Positions 23,648 through 38,925 are shown, counted from the stretch's first letter. The stretch: DNA of 64,000 nucleotides from Azolla caroliniana (GCA_043228905.1 JBHGNT010000003.1:21762001-21826000); one strand, 5' to 3'. Notes: generated by a model from the letters alone, not told the origin. Translations and numbers: made by a program.

Positions 23648-26600
23648 GCTAAAGATAGATAGATAGATGGATGGATGGAAGGATGGATAGATATGTATAT
23701 GTATATAGATATTTTTATGTATTGTAACCATTGATGATGAATCTTAATTGTATGAGGTATATCAATATATTGTCGAAATGTTTTTGCGGATATGTAGGTC
23801 CTGGCAGAAGGTAAATTCGGCAGCGTTCTACTTTGGGACGGCCGCGATCGTGCCATTCTCATTGCTGTGGATCCCGGTGTCGCGGGGCTCGGTGCTCCTG
23901 CGGATTGTCGGGATCCCATTCGAACGCGCCGTGCGCTACCATATCTGGCTTGCAAACCTAATGATCCTCCTGGTCACCCTCCATAGCATAGGCTATATTG
24001 TCTTCTACTACTACAATGGCCAGGCAGAACTGGTAGATATATACATACATATGTCTCAACAAGAAGCAATCCATTCCTATGCTCAAAACTATCAGATTTT
24101 ATATGCATCTTTTGGTCATGAACTTGTCAGATCAGATTCTATATGCATCTTTTGGTCATGTACTTTTTCAGATGACAGATTTTATATGCAACTTTTATAT
24201 CAAAGCATCTTTCATCATGTACTTGACAAATCAGATTCTATATGCATCTTTTATACCAAAGCAGCATTCATCATGTACTTGTCAAAATCAGATTCTACAT
24301 GCATCTCTTATATCAAAGCATCTTTCATCATGTACTTGTGAGATCAGATTCCATATGCATCTTGTATACCAAAGTAACTTTCATCATATACTTTTCTAAT
24401 CAGATTCTATATGCATCTTTTTATATCAAATCTTGTCATGTATGGCATGTCAGATCTATGGATGGGTGACGACCAACGAGAAATGCGCTGTGGTCGCAGG
24501 CTTAGTTGCGTGGATATTGTCGGTCATTATATGGGTCACGTCCCTCGACATCTTCCGGCGCCGTTTCTACGACATGTTCTTCACCGTGCACCACTTGTAT
24601 CTCCTCTACTCCCTCTTCTGGATCTACCATGCCGTCTGGAACTATCACTTCTTCGTAATCCCCATGTTGCTCTTCTTCGTCGATCGCTTCCTCCGGATGG
24701 TCCAATCCCAGACCGTTGTTAATATCCTCTCCGCCAAGGTCCTCGAGTCCGGCGAAGTGGAGCTCAAGCTCCCTCTCAACCCTAATAATAATGACCAAGG
24801 TATGTCCTTCTTAGCACTTAAAATAACAAAATGACTACCATCTTTTGGAAGTCATGTCCCAACGTCTACAAATATAACTAAATCATGTGCTACCATCCTA
24901 CTTGAAATGTGTTTGTTATCAGGACACCTCTCTTACAACGCACTTTCCACATGGTGTATCCAAATAGCCGGTATCTCCAAGCAACAATGGCACTTCTTCA
25001 GTGGAACATCATCACCTTTAGACAATAGCCATGCAATCTCCATCATTATCAAGCCCCTCGGTAATTGGACGAGAGCATTACGTGACGAGTTCGTGGGTAC
25101 CAAGCAAGCATCAAACTCTTGTCCTTTCTCCTTCAAGGCTAGAGTTGAAGGTCCCTATGGTGATGCATCCAATTTCTACCTAAAGTAAGAACCTTGTAGT
25201 AGCCCTTTTTATGAACTTCGATAATATTGCTCAATATAACGGTTTGCCATGTTTGGTTGTAATTGCTATAGGTATAAGACACTCGTGCTTGTGTCCGGAG
25301 GCATAGGAATAACTCCACTCCTCGCAATACTTCGTGACATTTTGCATCGATACAAAAATATAAAGCACAATGTATCCACGTGCCTTCCTACTTCCATTAC
25401 CATTTATCATTGCATAAGGAAGCCTGAGGAGTTATGTGTGTTGAATAGTGTAGATCCTAACCAAATCCTTCCGGGCTACGACACATTGGGGTTGACAATC
25501 AAAATTCATGTATATATAACTTCACAAAACAAGGACGATTACCACAAATTGCATGCTAAACAAATTGGGGGGTTGGATACAAATCGTGAAGTATTTGACA
25601 TTTCGACATTTAAGGTATCACATCCAGGGACACAAACCATGGTATTCCAACCACTTGATGGTAATGGAGGAGATAGTCAAGGAACAATTTCGAGCATAGG
25701 CATAACGGGGAGTACATTTTGGGTAGCATGCACCACCATTGCATCTATTCTAGGATATTTGATTCTTTCGGGCCTAGCCAACACCCTTATTGTCAAATCT
25801 TATTCCGGACATAACTTCCCGAATTATAACCGTGCACATGTAGTAGTGGCGTGCATGTTCTTCGGAGTAGTGGTATTTGGGGGACTTGTCGTTCTATTGT
25901 GGTTTCTAATACTAAAGAAACAAAGGGGAAATACATCCTCTATAGAACCAAGAAACCAAAGTACAGGCAATTCTCCAGCCATCAATATGGATGAATTCGT
26001 TGTCGATGATGAAACACACCTTGGATTGGATGGGAAAGCATCACCATGGATCGGTGATGTGAGACTTTACCGTCGGCCGAATTGGAGAGGTATAGACTAA
26101 ACCCATTGCATTGAATCAATGTTTCATAACATGGTGGTAATTAGCGTAGTCTCTCTCTTTCGAACTCTTGTTGTTGGTTTTGTTGGTTTACACCATACCA
26201 TCAAAGTCATAAATTTGAGAGAGCCCAAGTTTGGTTCTTTCTATGGGCAGGGCCAAGTGGCATAGATCATAATTGGTTCCCTCTAACACACACACACACA
26301 CACTCTTAAAAATGATAACGACAGTTGGTCACAAGTATTGAATACCAAAGTTTTGAGAGGTAACTATTGATCATTTCATAATGCAATATGCAGATGTCTT
26401 TGATGAGCTTGCTGCACAAAACAATGGTGAGTGTGTTGGTGTTCTCGTGTCCGGGTCCGAAAGCATGCAAGCGGACATTGCGCAAGAGTGCAAGAGGAAA
26501 TCCTCATTCTATCTGAAATCATCCGAATCTGAGAGCATCATTTTTCATTATCACTCCGTAAGCTTTATCCTTTAGATACCAACCTCCTCCCTCCTCGCGG

Positions 26601-27689
26601 GTCGATAATTATGATTTCCGTCGTGTGCTGGTTTCTTATCAATGCCTCACTTCATTATGTATATAGAAGCATAAATCGAGATTCTGCATTGATGCTTTGC
26701 ACATATGGTATTTTCGAAATGTTTTGCGGAATGGTGAAGATGTCACACAATTTGCATAATACAAAGCCTTTACCGTTCTTATAATTCCCATCCTTGTGGT
26801 TATACTCATCTAATACAATTTACCACCAATTACATGTATTGGCTCTTTCTTCCACAATATTAATGGAAAACTCGTATACTCTAGATATCTTCAAAAAGGT
26901 GTCCCTTAATCCCCTAGATTGAGTTTGTTAAAAACGTGTATCATGCCACACATCATTCAACACAATAATGCATTGGCACTCATACTATGATACGAGGAAA
27001 CACTACACCTATACTAAAAGCATTCTATATTGAAAGAAATAAAAGTGACGTTGTTTCTAATACCTTTAGCTTATTCTTTGTTTGCTTTTACTAATATGTT
27101 TTTGCAAGAATTTCTCGAGGAGGTTATTTTTGGTGGGATTTATTTTTGGCGAGATAACTATAGAAGTGCATGGATTTTATTGGTACTATATATATGGCAT
27201 TTCAATCATTTTTATATGAGCATTTCACAACCTTGATACATGGGTTATCTATACCATATACTTTATTGTGAACCATATTGGTAACTAAATTTCTAAGTTG
27301 TTTGTATAGATAATAATCATGGATAATCATGTGACTCAATAGTGTGATGTAAGCATGTAATGTGATGGTGTGGCAAATGTAAGCATCGAACTGGTTTAAA
27401 ACAATGCATTCCAATGGATCACAAAAGAAAAATGACTCTCTTTGTAATCAAAGGACTCTCTTATAATATAATTTGTGTTCTCTCCATTACTTTGCTACAT
27501 TGTTGATTGTCTATACATTCCACTCAATAAGAGGGAGAAGATTTTGCCAATGGTTTTGCCAGTGTTGTGTTGTGAAAGTGCCCAATATCGCATGAGGATG
27601 TGAAGTTTGCCTTTTTGAATGGATATATTGTGGACAATGCATTCAAGGAAGGGCTACAATCAAGTTTTGATATAGCTTATTCAAAAGCA
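22046..27689 (+). repeat. Segmental duplication unit B, paralogous to 1-6679
   Basis: Direct alignment with offset 22045 shrinking to 22030 across the gene. Confidence 0.95.
22829..26575 (+). CDS. FRO: Ferric-chelate reductase (FRO family), copy B; 7 exons, about 816 aa
   Basis: Exons 22829-23072, 23224-23587, 23798-24032, 24454-24799, 24923-25184, 25272-26089, 26394-26575. Same motifs as copy A; about 20 aa differences by manual count. Confidence 0.93.
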
Positions 27690-29223
27690 AAGGTCTAGTT
27701 GTAAACAACTCTATATGGGCTTTAGTAGGCATCAATGGCTTTATGAGATTGATAGATTTCTCAAGGAAAGTGGATTAAGAGATTTTAGCCTCTACATTAA
27801 ACCATAAGGTAACTAGATGATAATATGTGTGTTACCGTAGACAATTTCGGTCTAAATGTCGGTGCAATTGAAGTATGAGCTTAAAATTCCAAGTGAATGA
27901 CTTTACCTTGAGGTGTACAACACTTGTGTATGGAGATGTAACAAGTGTATGGAGATGTAAATATGGTTGTTTAATTTCAAAGCATTTGGGATGTAGGGAT
28001 ATAGTAATTTGTGTTGACTCTTATGTCCGTAGAAGTAAACCTAAATTTTATGAAGATAAGAAGCAAAATGATCGATAGAACACCAAATTCTTCTCCAACA
28101 ATAAATGGCCCTCCTTACAAATGATAGATCCAATCACATTACAAGCAATCTTCAAGAATAAAATTGTTTTTTCCAAATCAAGAGTAACCCTTCCTCTTCG
28201 AAATCCATCTAAATATCTTTAAATATGGACTTCGGGGTTCCTAATAGCCCCAATGTGCACTTGTACTCAGTTGCACCATTGCTTGGGAAAGAGCAAATCT
28301 TGCCTCGTTCTCTCCTACCATAATAGTGAGGGTCCTATAGGTGTTATAAGTTTATTTGGTGTAATAAAGGTAACTCCTCTAATGCAAAGTGCCCACACAA
28401 CTCACTTGCAAGAACTCGTAAATCAGATTATCTTTAAATTCAATAACACAACCTTCTCACACTTCAATATTTAATTTTCATCATTTATAAGTGGTCGATC
28501 ATTAAATACAATCTCTTGCAATTGATCCATGAGTAGTCACATATAATTATGGTTAGTTCTTCATGTCAATTACCTCCTACATGGTTGCATTTTGTTTTTC
28601 CTTGAGAGTTCAATACAGGCTTATGATGGGGCCAACAATAATACAGTGGACAATTCTAAATTGAATTGTGCACGAATGAGGCATTGGGCACTATGTACAA
28701 AACCGCAACTCTCTTCTCTATTCCACACTTCAATTATGGAAATACACAATGGTAGAGAGCATTTAGTACACTTCAACAAGACAAGGTACTAAGCAAAGAT
28801 GGCTCAAAAGTATTCACAGCTATAGAGTACTGGGCCCAATGTGTCCAATCATAGACTTGACTTGCGTTGCAATTTGATTGACCATTTACGCAAACACCTT
28901 CGAGCATTAACATTATGTTTAACCTTATTCAACATAACATAATATCCCTTCTTACATTGTCTTATTTACATGCAATCGGGAATTAGCAAGTCTCTGCTAA
29001 TTTTATCATTTGCTATTATTACCGAGTAAAGAAAGAATGTATTATAGATAGATAGATAGATAGATATACAAATGTGTGCAAACTTTGATTTGCACATAAT
29101 GGACAAATGGTCCACAACAACGAGCTTAGGGTAGATAGAATATATTATACATGTATAATGAGTATATGAATAATACACACAAGCCTAAAGCTCTTGTGAC
29201 ATTTAAATGTAGTATAATAATCA

Positions 29224-32200
29224 CTACAAACAAACCCTTTCCTTTGTTTTGCTCGTTCGATGCCGTGTCTTCTTTGAGCGCTTAGTTCTCAAATCTCCAT
29301 TATATTGCAACTGCAAGGAAGGGAGTAAAGTGAATAAAGAAAGAAAAAGAAGAAATACATTGTCTCTCAATGAATTCACATTAGTAGTAAAAACTCTGGT
29401 TAGGATTATGTGCAGAAACAACTAATAAAAACTCAGGCTATATTCCGAGTTCATCCCTCAGCACATGAAGATAGAAGAGCTTGATGGGTTTTGACCAACG
29501 GTATTTCGGGAAATTTTATTAGGGGCATTTTGTAGGAATAAAGAAAAACCTAGGGGTAATACTACTACTATTATCTCTTCAAGTATTTAGCTTTTCCCCC
29601 AAGTGTGAATATTCAACTGTAAAACCCTACCTGAATGTCTAAGCAAGCACCAATTGGATTTGTATCTTTGTTGCATCCTTCTGCTTCTGAAGACTCTGCT
29701 TCTTCTTCACCTTCTTTCAGCTTCATTAGCTTCCTCTTCTGCTTTATGAGATCAGCCTACAAGAAAACATAACACCATTTGTTTAGCGTGGAACTTGACT
29801 CTAATGAGCATTGTTGAATTTCGGTTAGAGTGAAGATTAATTGAATTCTCTGAAATGTAGCACTGAGATCAGTTAAAAACAATTCTATAGTAGTGAATTA
29901 CGTCTCTTGAACTCAATGAAGAATACAAGTAATAGTGAATCAAGTCTTGGGAACGGAAGTTTGATTACAAATTAGCTAGTGAATGATGAGATCTCATATT
30001 TATGAATGGATTTCATTTTTGGGCACAGATTCAATCAAGATTAATTATCCAATTGGTGATTAAGATTCATTGTGTAAGTAGATTGAAATGAGTTAGGATT
30101 TTAACAATCGATATCAAATGAAGCTTTGATGTGATGAAATGCATTATTGATTTGAGTTTAGATGACTTCAATCTGTTATACCAAGTCTACATCTGGAATG
30201 CAGAGGATTCAGTTTTGATTGTAATGAAAAAAAAAGAACTGGGATGGTACCTTAAGTCGCTTATTTTCAGCTTTGAGAATGAATTTCTTTTGACGCATTT
30301 TTTCCATCATAATTTGCACCGAAACAGCCTCCCTTTGTCGCCTATTCATGTCTTCTAACCAACTGCAGGCATGTATTTTTCCAATACCATTAAGTAATAA
30401 ATTCTTGGACAGTTCAATCATATCAATACATATTGACAAATTATTCTTTTCAATTTGACGGAATAGATTTGCATGTTATTCCTTTATTTTACCTCGTTCT
30501 TTCTTCATCGTATTGATTTCGTAACATCTCAAGTTCCTCCTGAGAAAAAACCGCAGAAATATATATAAATTTCTGGCTAGATAATTATTTATTAATTTCT
30601 GGCTAGATAATTATTTATTAATTTCTCATCATTTTCTGCATATTTCATGATAGAAATGGGAACTATGGCGATTAATTAACTAAGCAACTCTTCTGCCAAC
30701 CCTGATCAGATCAATAATTTATCTGGATATACCTTTTGTACTTTAGTGTGATGAGATGCCACTTCTGAGATTTTTTGAAGTTGTATGTGACCTACATGTA
30801 ACTGTAATGTGAAATTCTTGTCAGATAGATATCCCAGTAAGAAGCATACATAAAGCACACTGAGATCCCAAACATAAAATATATATGCACGCACATTGTG
30901 AGCTGTGAGGTCAGATTTTACGCCAAGTAGGTCTCTTATCACTTCATATGTCATTGTTTCAGCTTCAGCAAGCCTCTTGTTGAGCCTCAATATCTGAAAG
31001 TAAAACTCCATCACAAAACTACATTAACACTTTACTGAAAAGCTACATTATGGATTATCATTGATCAATGATGACAAATATATACCTCTTTCTGACGAGA
31101 TGCTGCTAGTTCTTCGAGATCATCAATGCGCCGCCGATTGGAATATAGCTCTTTCTCCATGTCAATGCTTATTTGTCGAGCTAATCCGAGTTTTAAGCAT
31201 TTGAACGGGGATGTAACGGCATCTTTCTCATCAGCCTTTTTTATTGTTTGTCCTTTCTCTTGCTTTTCTTTGTTCACGTTCTCAATAAATGACGTAATCT
31301 GTGTACGAATTGCAAAAGTGCCATAGCAAATTTTGATTTAGCCTATATGTCACTCACTTTCAGTAATTTATCCAAAATAAGAGATGCAAACATATGTACT
31401 CGTTGGTGATGCGTGGATGCTTGCTTCTCTGCAGTGCTTATCAAATCTTCGATTTGCACCTTCAAGCTTTTTATCTGCATGCATAGAGACAAGTATATTC
31501 TTTTAAAATTTGAGACAATACTAAATGTCTGCCCACTGTTCAATTATTATCTCCTCCAAACTTCCTGTGACCTGAGAATTAGTAAGAATGGAAGTTACCT
31601 CTGCATCTTTTTCTATAACTTTCTGTCGTAACGACATTGCCTCCATTTGTGCTTCGAAAACTTTGTGCTTTTTTGAGACATTATTATCTCTACAGGCATA
31701 TTAAGTAGTTATCAAAATCAATAATGAACTTAATAAGAGTCAAGATAGTGAAATGTGATAGAAACATTGCATTCCATGTGATGATTGAACCTTGAATCAG
31801 AGTCCCACGAGTCAGTAACCCCTGCATCTCTATTGGTAGCACGAGTGCTCAACATTTGATGTCTCAATGCTTGCAACTCCATCTCTAAATCTTCTTTGGT
31901 CAGATTGTTTGCCTCTGTCTCCCTTCGCAAAATCTCCAACTGCATGCAGTTTTGATGGGTCGACTTTGGTCAATTTCAGCAAATAGACAGGTAAATAGCT
32001 ATTTGCATATGGATACTTACTTGACTTTCAAGAGCATCTACTGTGCCCTCAAGTTCTAGGACTGATCTTTCCAAAAGCTTTATTTCATCCTCTTTCTCTT
32101 GAATGTCAGATTTTAATATATTCATCACCTGCATTTAACCACAATTGCAAATTGTTGAATGAAATATAACAATACCATATCCTATTAATCCAAAGCAATC

Positions 32201-35200
32201 AAGCAAAACATGGCCCTCCACCCATATCAACACAGAACTATATGAATATGAATGTGTGAATTTAATGAATATTACTAGGCATCTAGGAACATACGAGATA
32301 GGGACTTACTTCTTGTGATTCAGCAACCAGCCTTTTGTTCTCATCTGAAGTATCTTTCATCGATTCAAACTTTTCATTCACGATGGCCAGCTTTGTTTGC
32401 AATTGTTCATTCTCATTGATGGCTGACTTTAACTCCTTGTTAAGTGTAGCAATCATTTTCTGCTCCGTATGAAAGTTGATGTCAGACATCTCTGACTCCA
32501 ATTCTTCAATCGTAAGCCTTCTCTCATTCAGCAGGGTGTCTAAAGCCCATATTTTCTTCTGTGATTCTTCAAGGTTCTGCTTTAGCTCAGCATTCTCTTG
32601 TTCCAAGGTTGTTGCCCAATGCTCAACCTCAGATAATTTTGTTTCCAAGAAAAGCAAAGCATTAGAAGTTTCCTTCTTTTCATGTTCAAGACAAGCTTGT
32701 TTGGCTCCCATAATTTGTAGCTGTTTGTCCCTGCTATCAAGGTCTTCCTGCAGAGATTTGATCATGAGAATTCCCCTGTCTATCTCCTCTTTCATATCAG
32801 TGGACTCCACAATGCTTTCTTGTAGCATGCTAAGGTCAAACATAGATCCTTTGAGCAGCTCATGTTTCCTTTCAAGCTCTTTCTCTAGATGGTTCTTCTC
32901 TGCCAATGTGTTGTCAAGCTCTGCACAGACAAGAGTTGAGAGACTGAGGTACGACTTTGCATCTTCTTCCAGCTTACACAGGGCAAGATCAAGATTGCTT
33001 AGAAATGAATCCTCAGCCCCAGGAAAATTCAGAAGTCTATTACTGATTGCTTCCAGCTTTTCCAACAAACTGCTAGTAGTTTTGTCATATGTTTCAAATA
33101 CTGAATTCATTTGCATCTCTGTCACCTGATGCAGTTGAAGTGCGTGTTCTTTAACTTTGTATGACTTTTTAATTGTATTTCTCAATTCCTCGATCTGAGC
33201 TATGGAAGATTCTCGTTCTCTGCCCCATTGCGTTATTAGATCGAATTTCTCTCTTCTTGCACTTTCATTCACTCTAGTGAGAGTAGTGACCAGTGTTTCT
33301 GCTTCTCTAATCATCTCTTGGCTATCTTCAAACCTTTTTAAAGCTTCATTTGCCTCGCACATTCTCTCAGCTGCTTCGATCTTTACCTTGTTTAGCTGCA
33401 TACACATATCTTTTCTTTCCCCATGCCAGGCAGCTTCAGCCTCCTTTAATCTTTCCTCCAATAGCAGCGGGATACTATTTATTCCACTCTCCATCAAGGT
33501 TAACTGTTTTTGCATGTGATCTACCAATAAACGAGCACCAGCAAGCTCCTTTTCTAAAGAAAGAACATGTTTCTGGTCCTCATTTGGGCATTCATGCTTT
33601 CGGATATCCTCTGTCATCTTTTTCCTGCTGATCTCTGCTTCTTGAAGGCTTGTAAGAGCTATCTCCATCTCTCTTTTCACACTCATGAATATCTGGTCTC
33701 TCTCATACACTTCAGACATAAGATTCCGATACTTGATCTTTTCTTTCGCTTGATCTTCCTCCCGGTCTACCAACAACTCTTTGTAAAGTTTCTCAAGGGC
33801 TAGTCTTTGATTTTCAGAGGATTCTAGTTGTTCCTCCAGGTTCCTTAGCTCTTTTTCCATCCATTCCTCTTTCTTTAACACGGCAGAGTTATCATTAATA
33901 TCAACTGGTTTTTTAACACCTAAGAAATCCTCACTCATCAAAATATAGTCAGAACTTTTTGTGTCTGTGGCAACCTCCATTCTGTATTCAGATTCACATT
34001 CCTCCCCTGAAGATGAAAACCTCATTTCACTTTCACATTGAACACTCCAGTTGTGAATAGATTCCCCAACACTTGATACATCATTATTAGCTATAACATT
34101 TTCACAATGTGTACGATTTGCATCATTGTGAGGCTGCAATTCAAACAATTTTTTCCATGATTTTGTGTTCACAGTTTTATTATCAGTCATGACTATGCTA
34201 CAAAGACCTCTAATTTGGTGTTCGACACCCTTGGTCATTGAGCAAATTTGCTGCATCAATCTCTGAAAGCTTTCATAGTTAGCATTATCGTGGCTCCTCA
34301 CCTCACCCTCCATTACCAGGTTTGGTGCATCATTGTTCATATTTTTTATTTCCTGCAATGCCTCATCTAGTATCTTGTTTCCCTCGTCAAGAAAGCCTTT
34401 CAAACCTTTCTCTGTCTCCAAAGTTTCAGAGTTGAGGCTGATCAATGAAGAGTTTTCAAACTTGAGTTCTTCAATATTCTGCATTTATTACAAATGGAGA
34501 GGAAAAACCAACTTGACATTAGTTTCATGTACATAATTGTGCTGTAAAGGCTTCAGTGATCATGCATTAGGAAAACTAAATAAGGAAGGTACCTTTTCCT
34601 CGCCTGGGACAAACGAATAGTGCTGCTTTTTTGGAGTCTTCACAAATTCTTGCAAACATGATTCGGTAATTATATCCTGATTGTCAATTGCATGGGCAGT
34701 TTCTGCACTTTTTACTCGAGTCATTTGCAAATTTTCTGATGATTGTGTTTGATTACGCAATTGCTCAAGTTCCTCCTACAAACATGAAGTTAGATAGATG
34801 TAGTTATGTTCATAAGTACTGCATCTTGACGTCCAGTGCTAGGATGCTTATCTCAAACCTTGAGATTTTGTATTTGTGTGCGAAGTTCCATGATATCACC
34901 TGATGCATCCTCATTAATGATAGCCTGGCATCCAAGACACTTAAGTCAGTATTTAACATGTGTACCTTGGATTCCTAGTACACCATTTCAAGAAGGTTGA
35001 TAAATATCTTATTCATTAATGTTTTATCCTGTCTTCCACGTGAAGATGTCTCAGCCATCCACAGGAACCCTCAAGATAATAATAATTTTCACATGGACCA
35101 GAGGTAGTTATTGCAACCATAAACTCTTGAAAAATACATCATTTCAGTTATATACAAACACGTACTGCAAAGGCTGCATACAAACTAGAAGTATTATAAC

Positions 35201-38200
35201 CATACATTGTTTTGGATGAACTTAGCCCGCTGTGCAAATTTCAATGTGCTCAATGTCTCATTGGCACACCTGTAATAAAGAGAGGTTACCAATGTTAGCC
35301 TGCTTACAACAAATCAACTCATGGTGAGATTTGAGGTTGGTAATAATCATCAACAGGATTGTGTGTCAGTTTCTAAGGCTGAACAAAATATTTAAACAAG
35401 AATTCTTGCTAGACTTACGAGATAGACGGGCTCACTGTAGCAATAATAGCTGTTTTCGAATTACCACCCAAGGAATCCTGTATTAAATATCTCTCCTTGA
35501 AACATCATCATCTACAATTTTCATGTCCTGATAATCTATGTAGACTCAGACAGTGACTTACTTGAAGTAAGAATGTGAGTTTGGAATCTCGGTAGGGTAC
35601 ATGACGTTGTTTCCCATGTGCAATGTCCACCAACACCATGATCACTAAACTGGAATGGCAATTATATTTGATAACTTACTTATGAAACAAAGTGCACATT
35701 TATTTAATATAACCCCGTGGAATAAGAGATTTCCTTACCCAAGTGTGGAAAGAGATTTATTAATGCTTGCAGCCTCTCTCAGTCGCTCACCTTCTGCCCC
35801 AGAGGTCTTTTGCCTGTCAAATACATTTGCATTATCAATCAACTGATTATTCATGCTTCTTATATCTTTCTAACTGGGAGAGAGTGAGAGAGAACCAACC
35901 AACCTCTCTGAACCAGCAAGGTCAACTAAATTCAACCTTCCAAAACGGAAACTTGTCACAGAATCTGTCACCCACTGAATTTAGAAAGAAAATAGATTAA
36001 ACATTCTTATTGCACCATATTCATCTATTTATAGATCTAAAACCGTAAAAAATGTTGACTGTTCTAGGAGAGGGATGTATGTGATTTGTAATAAGTTACC
36101 TTGCTCTCAATAATGCAAGTGAAAACACAATGTGAGCGGCTGCTCTCTTGGTTCATTCGTGTGTGAGCAACTCTCCTGTTGGCAGCACCCTTCCATCCAA
36201 ATCATTTATCAACAAAATCAGCATTGCTTGTTTCTCAAAAGTAATAAGAACCTTACACAATGCTAGCAAAGCAAATCTACATGAAATAAAGCATGCCTTT
36301 TCTATAATTTTGACGATTAACAAGTTTTGTTGATGAGTGACAGTATGTGATGGAGATAGATGGAATGCACCAAAGTAAACATAGAATGGAAACCACTGTA
36401 AAAATTATGAGTGCAATGTCTCGAGTCTTCTTGCATGGAGAATTACATAGTCCTAGTTGGAAATACAGACCAAATATTACTAACATTGACATGTATACCT
36501 GATGGAGCAATTCCATCACATCCCCAACATTCTTCACTTCCACCTCTGTCAAGTTCTCCACAAAGAGACCCTTTTTGGGATCTTCGTGTATCTGTCAAAT
36601 CAACCAACACATATGACAGTTCAACTCTTTTTGGTACTGCAAAGTACAATCAAAGATCAATAAATAGAATACTACACAAGTTTGTCAAGAAAAAACAGGA
36701 GATCTACTTGTAAGTTGCTTGAAGCAGGCTCTAAGAGATCAGTAATTTGTTCATTGTAGATCTCCAAAAAGGAGCATTTACAATTAATTGTCAGATGCTC
36801 TTGTCTGCGGGAGGCTTCTTCCTGCATCAGTATTATAGATAGGTCTCAACATGAGTGCAAACTTCAATGTCAGAAATATTCAAGTTTATGTTTTGCAGAA
36901 CCATACCATTGCGATTTTACTGAACAAGTACTCAAATATACGAGGGGTCATCCCACGATGTGGATTTGGTTTACCATTTACTTCCTCAATGTCGCCCATC
37001 ATTGTATGTGTTTTACCACTTCCTGTCTGAAATAACATACCAGAGCAAAGATATAGCAGAAAAACCAGGATTAAACACGCAGCAGAGCATGCACAGTGGA
37101 TTCAATAAATGAATCTGAATGCAATTACCTGGCCATATGCAAAAATACTGCTGTTGTAGCCTTCAATGCAATTATCAACCATAGGCAACCCGACCACTTG
37201 AAACAGATTTTCCTGCACATAACAAGGAATACAGCATACATTTAAAATAAAGAAAATGGGAATCGATTTGAGAAATAAGATGGATAAAAGGAATTATTAT
37301 TCGTTCATTACTATCCGAGATAAGTAACCCACTTGTGTAGTATTTGGAGAAGCAACGTGATCGAATGTAAATCTCGATTCGGGCTGCCCTGTCCAACTCA
37401 ATACCTGTGAACTTTCTTGTCTCAAACATGTGCTCATCCCATTGGCAGTAGTTTCTGAGTGATTGAAAGGTCTCATGCGGATTAACACCTAGCACAAGAC
37501 ATTATCCACATCAGCACAAGTATTAGCAACTCCTCTTTACTGAGTAGAAAATAATCTGATCTAGATATGATCACATGGGAATCTAAACGCATTTCTAGAT
37601 ACATTTGACATCATCAGATTACATAAACAAGTTCATGGTCGAAGACCACTGGATTCTAAAGAACCCAGGTCAAGCTTACCTGTAGCTGATTTATACTTAC
37701 GTAAAGCTCTACAATTAAAAAATGGATTTTGAATACCTGGACATTGTGATCCTTCCAGAAGTCTTTATCGAGTTGCAACTCGAAATGGGGAGCATCTGAG
37801 TTGAGATTTTTGTGCGGGTAGGAAGAGAAAATGGTGAGAAGTGACTTTGAAGTGAGTGGAGGTCGAGAAAGTTCACTTCTGTAAGCATAGAAGCCATGCT
37901 TCTGCTTCCGATGATGCTTGCGTGGAGTGGTAGCATAACCTGGATTCCGACCTACACAAGAAGCAGGAATTGTGGAAGAAGAAGAAGAAGAAGAAGATTG
38001 ATGATCTCCTCTGTTGGGAGTTGTGTATGCTAAAACGGAATTATCATCATGTTTCAGCGATGTTGTAGGTATCTGATCTCTTCCTTTCTTCATCTGGCTA
38101 CGCAGGGATAGAGCTGTGTTGAAGTGTTGCTCTGTTTTGCCCTCTTTCGCATAGAAGTGAGCTGCTTGCTGTTCGGCTCCCTGTCTGGATGAAAGGAGGG

Positions 38201-38297
38201 AGTTTTCTGAGAAGGGGGGTCTCGAAGGAGAGCGGAGGAGGGGAGTGGTAGTGAAATCGGGAGGCGGCGAAGAAGAATTGGGACCTCTGTTCTCCAT
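29224..38297 (-). CDS. Kinesin-12 family motor (POK1/POK2/KIN12F-like), multi-exon, with a long coiled-coil tail
   Basis: Exon 1 (38297-37737) ends [18 protein letters not shown]. Motor exons: 37488-37333, 37212-37129, 37026-36907 (P-loop GQTGSGKT across the junction), 36821-36708, 36591-36499, 36189-36100 (NQESSRSH), 35974-35904 (LVDLAGSER), 35813-35739, 35649-35562 ([10 protein letters not shown]), 35477-35419, 35269-35206. Large coiled-coil exon 34478-32310; small 3' exons down to a probable stop at 29224. The 3' model is less certain. Confidence 0.88.
30568..30626. repeat. 26-bp perfect tandem duplication in a kinesin intron
   Basis: AATTTCTGGCTAGATAATTATTTATT x2. Confidence 0.9.
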
Positions 38298-38454
38298 CTC
38301 TTCTCTGTGTCGCGCCCCTCTGCTTAAAGGGAGGGGGGGAATTCTAGCAGATTGCTGTGTGCAGAAGAAGAAAGGATCGAGATTCTCTCTTCGTTCTTTC
38401 AGATCTTCGTTGACAGGAAGGAGAAGGAAGGGGAGAATCGATGGATGGAATTGC

Positions 38455-38823
38455 GCAGAGAAGAAGAAGGAGAAGAAGGAGAAGAAGAAGGAGAAGGAGA
38501 AGGAGAAGGAGCAGGAAAACAGAGTTTTGAAAAAAAAGCTTGGATTTTGGTTTTTTGGGGGCTTTACTCTGTTTTTTTTTTTTTTTGTTTGTTTTCTTCT
38601 CTCTTTCCTGCAACGGTCACAAAAATCAATTTCTTTTGTTGTTTTCTTCTTCTTCTTCTCTGCCAAGAGTCTCTCTTCTGTTCCTTCTTCTTTTCTATTG
38701 CTTTGTATTTTTTTAGCATGTTAAGTAAGAGTGTGTGTGTGTGTGTGTGTTTAAGTGTAAGTGTGTGTGTGTGTGTGTGTGTTATGTTGTGTTGTTTTTT
38801 TCCTTTGTATTATTTTGCTTGTT

Positions 38824-38903
<80 letters not shown>

Positions 38904-38925
38904 ATGATAGATAGATAGACAGACA
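38455..38925. repeat. Simple-repeat-rich region upstream of the kinesin: (GAAGGA)n, poly-T, long (GT)n, (GA)n
   Basis: Read directly from the sequence. Confidence 0.9.
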
